Assembly: GCF_006345805.1 (NCBI RefSeq)
Contig: NW_021832417.1
Location: forward strand, 62,001-126,000
DNA: 64,000 nt
Direction of reading: 5' to 3'
From: Octopus sinensis
Lineage: Eukaryota
Shown: positions 63,951 to 64,000 of the stretch, piece after piece
Position numbering within the stretch: position 1 is the stretch's first letter
Layout: every line of letters starts with the position of its first letter
Position numbers and translations under genes: made by a program
The notes under the pieces: generated by a model
Told to the model about the DNA's origin: nothing
Databases searched by the model: none
The model's input: the letters and a program-made list of their open reading frames with translations, nothing else

Positions 63951-64000
63951 TCATCTTTGGTGTTAAAAGGAGTTTTGATGGTCTCACTCAACTGCATCCC

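Overview
AT-rich, microsatellite-dense animal genomic DNA. It is most likely a coleoid cephalopod (Octopus-like); this is inferred from recognising the SINE families from memory, not from a search. No host protein-coding gene can be supported, only a few weak candidate exons. No tRNA/rRNA genes, CRISPR or prokaryotic systems are present. The window is an intronic or intergenic mosaic of mobile elements: three full-size dead mariner elements, an internally deleted mariner, a maT/DD37D-like fragment, six Penelope-like (RT/GIY-YIG) fragments, RTE-clade LINE 3' ends, a decayed LINE RT, many copies of about four SINE-like families, hAT-type MITEs and three Helitron/Helentron-like non-autonomous elements. 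The main feature is a 5'-truncated CR1-clade LINE (59428-62940). Its ~1000-codon ORF2 keeps all endonuclease and RT motifs and is broken only by small indels, and its ORF1 remnant has two tandem CCCH-like fingers. The other notable signal is a set of unusually perfect local fold-back hairpins (11629-11755, 11840-12352, 35775-35934, 56305-56423) and several hammerhead-ribozyme-like cores. These are candidates for follow-up, not demonstrated new systems. Repeat boundaries are hand-estimated and can be off by tens of bases unless terminal motifs are quoted.
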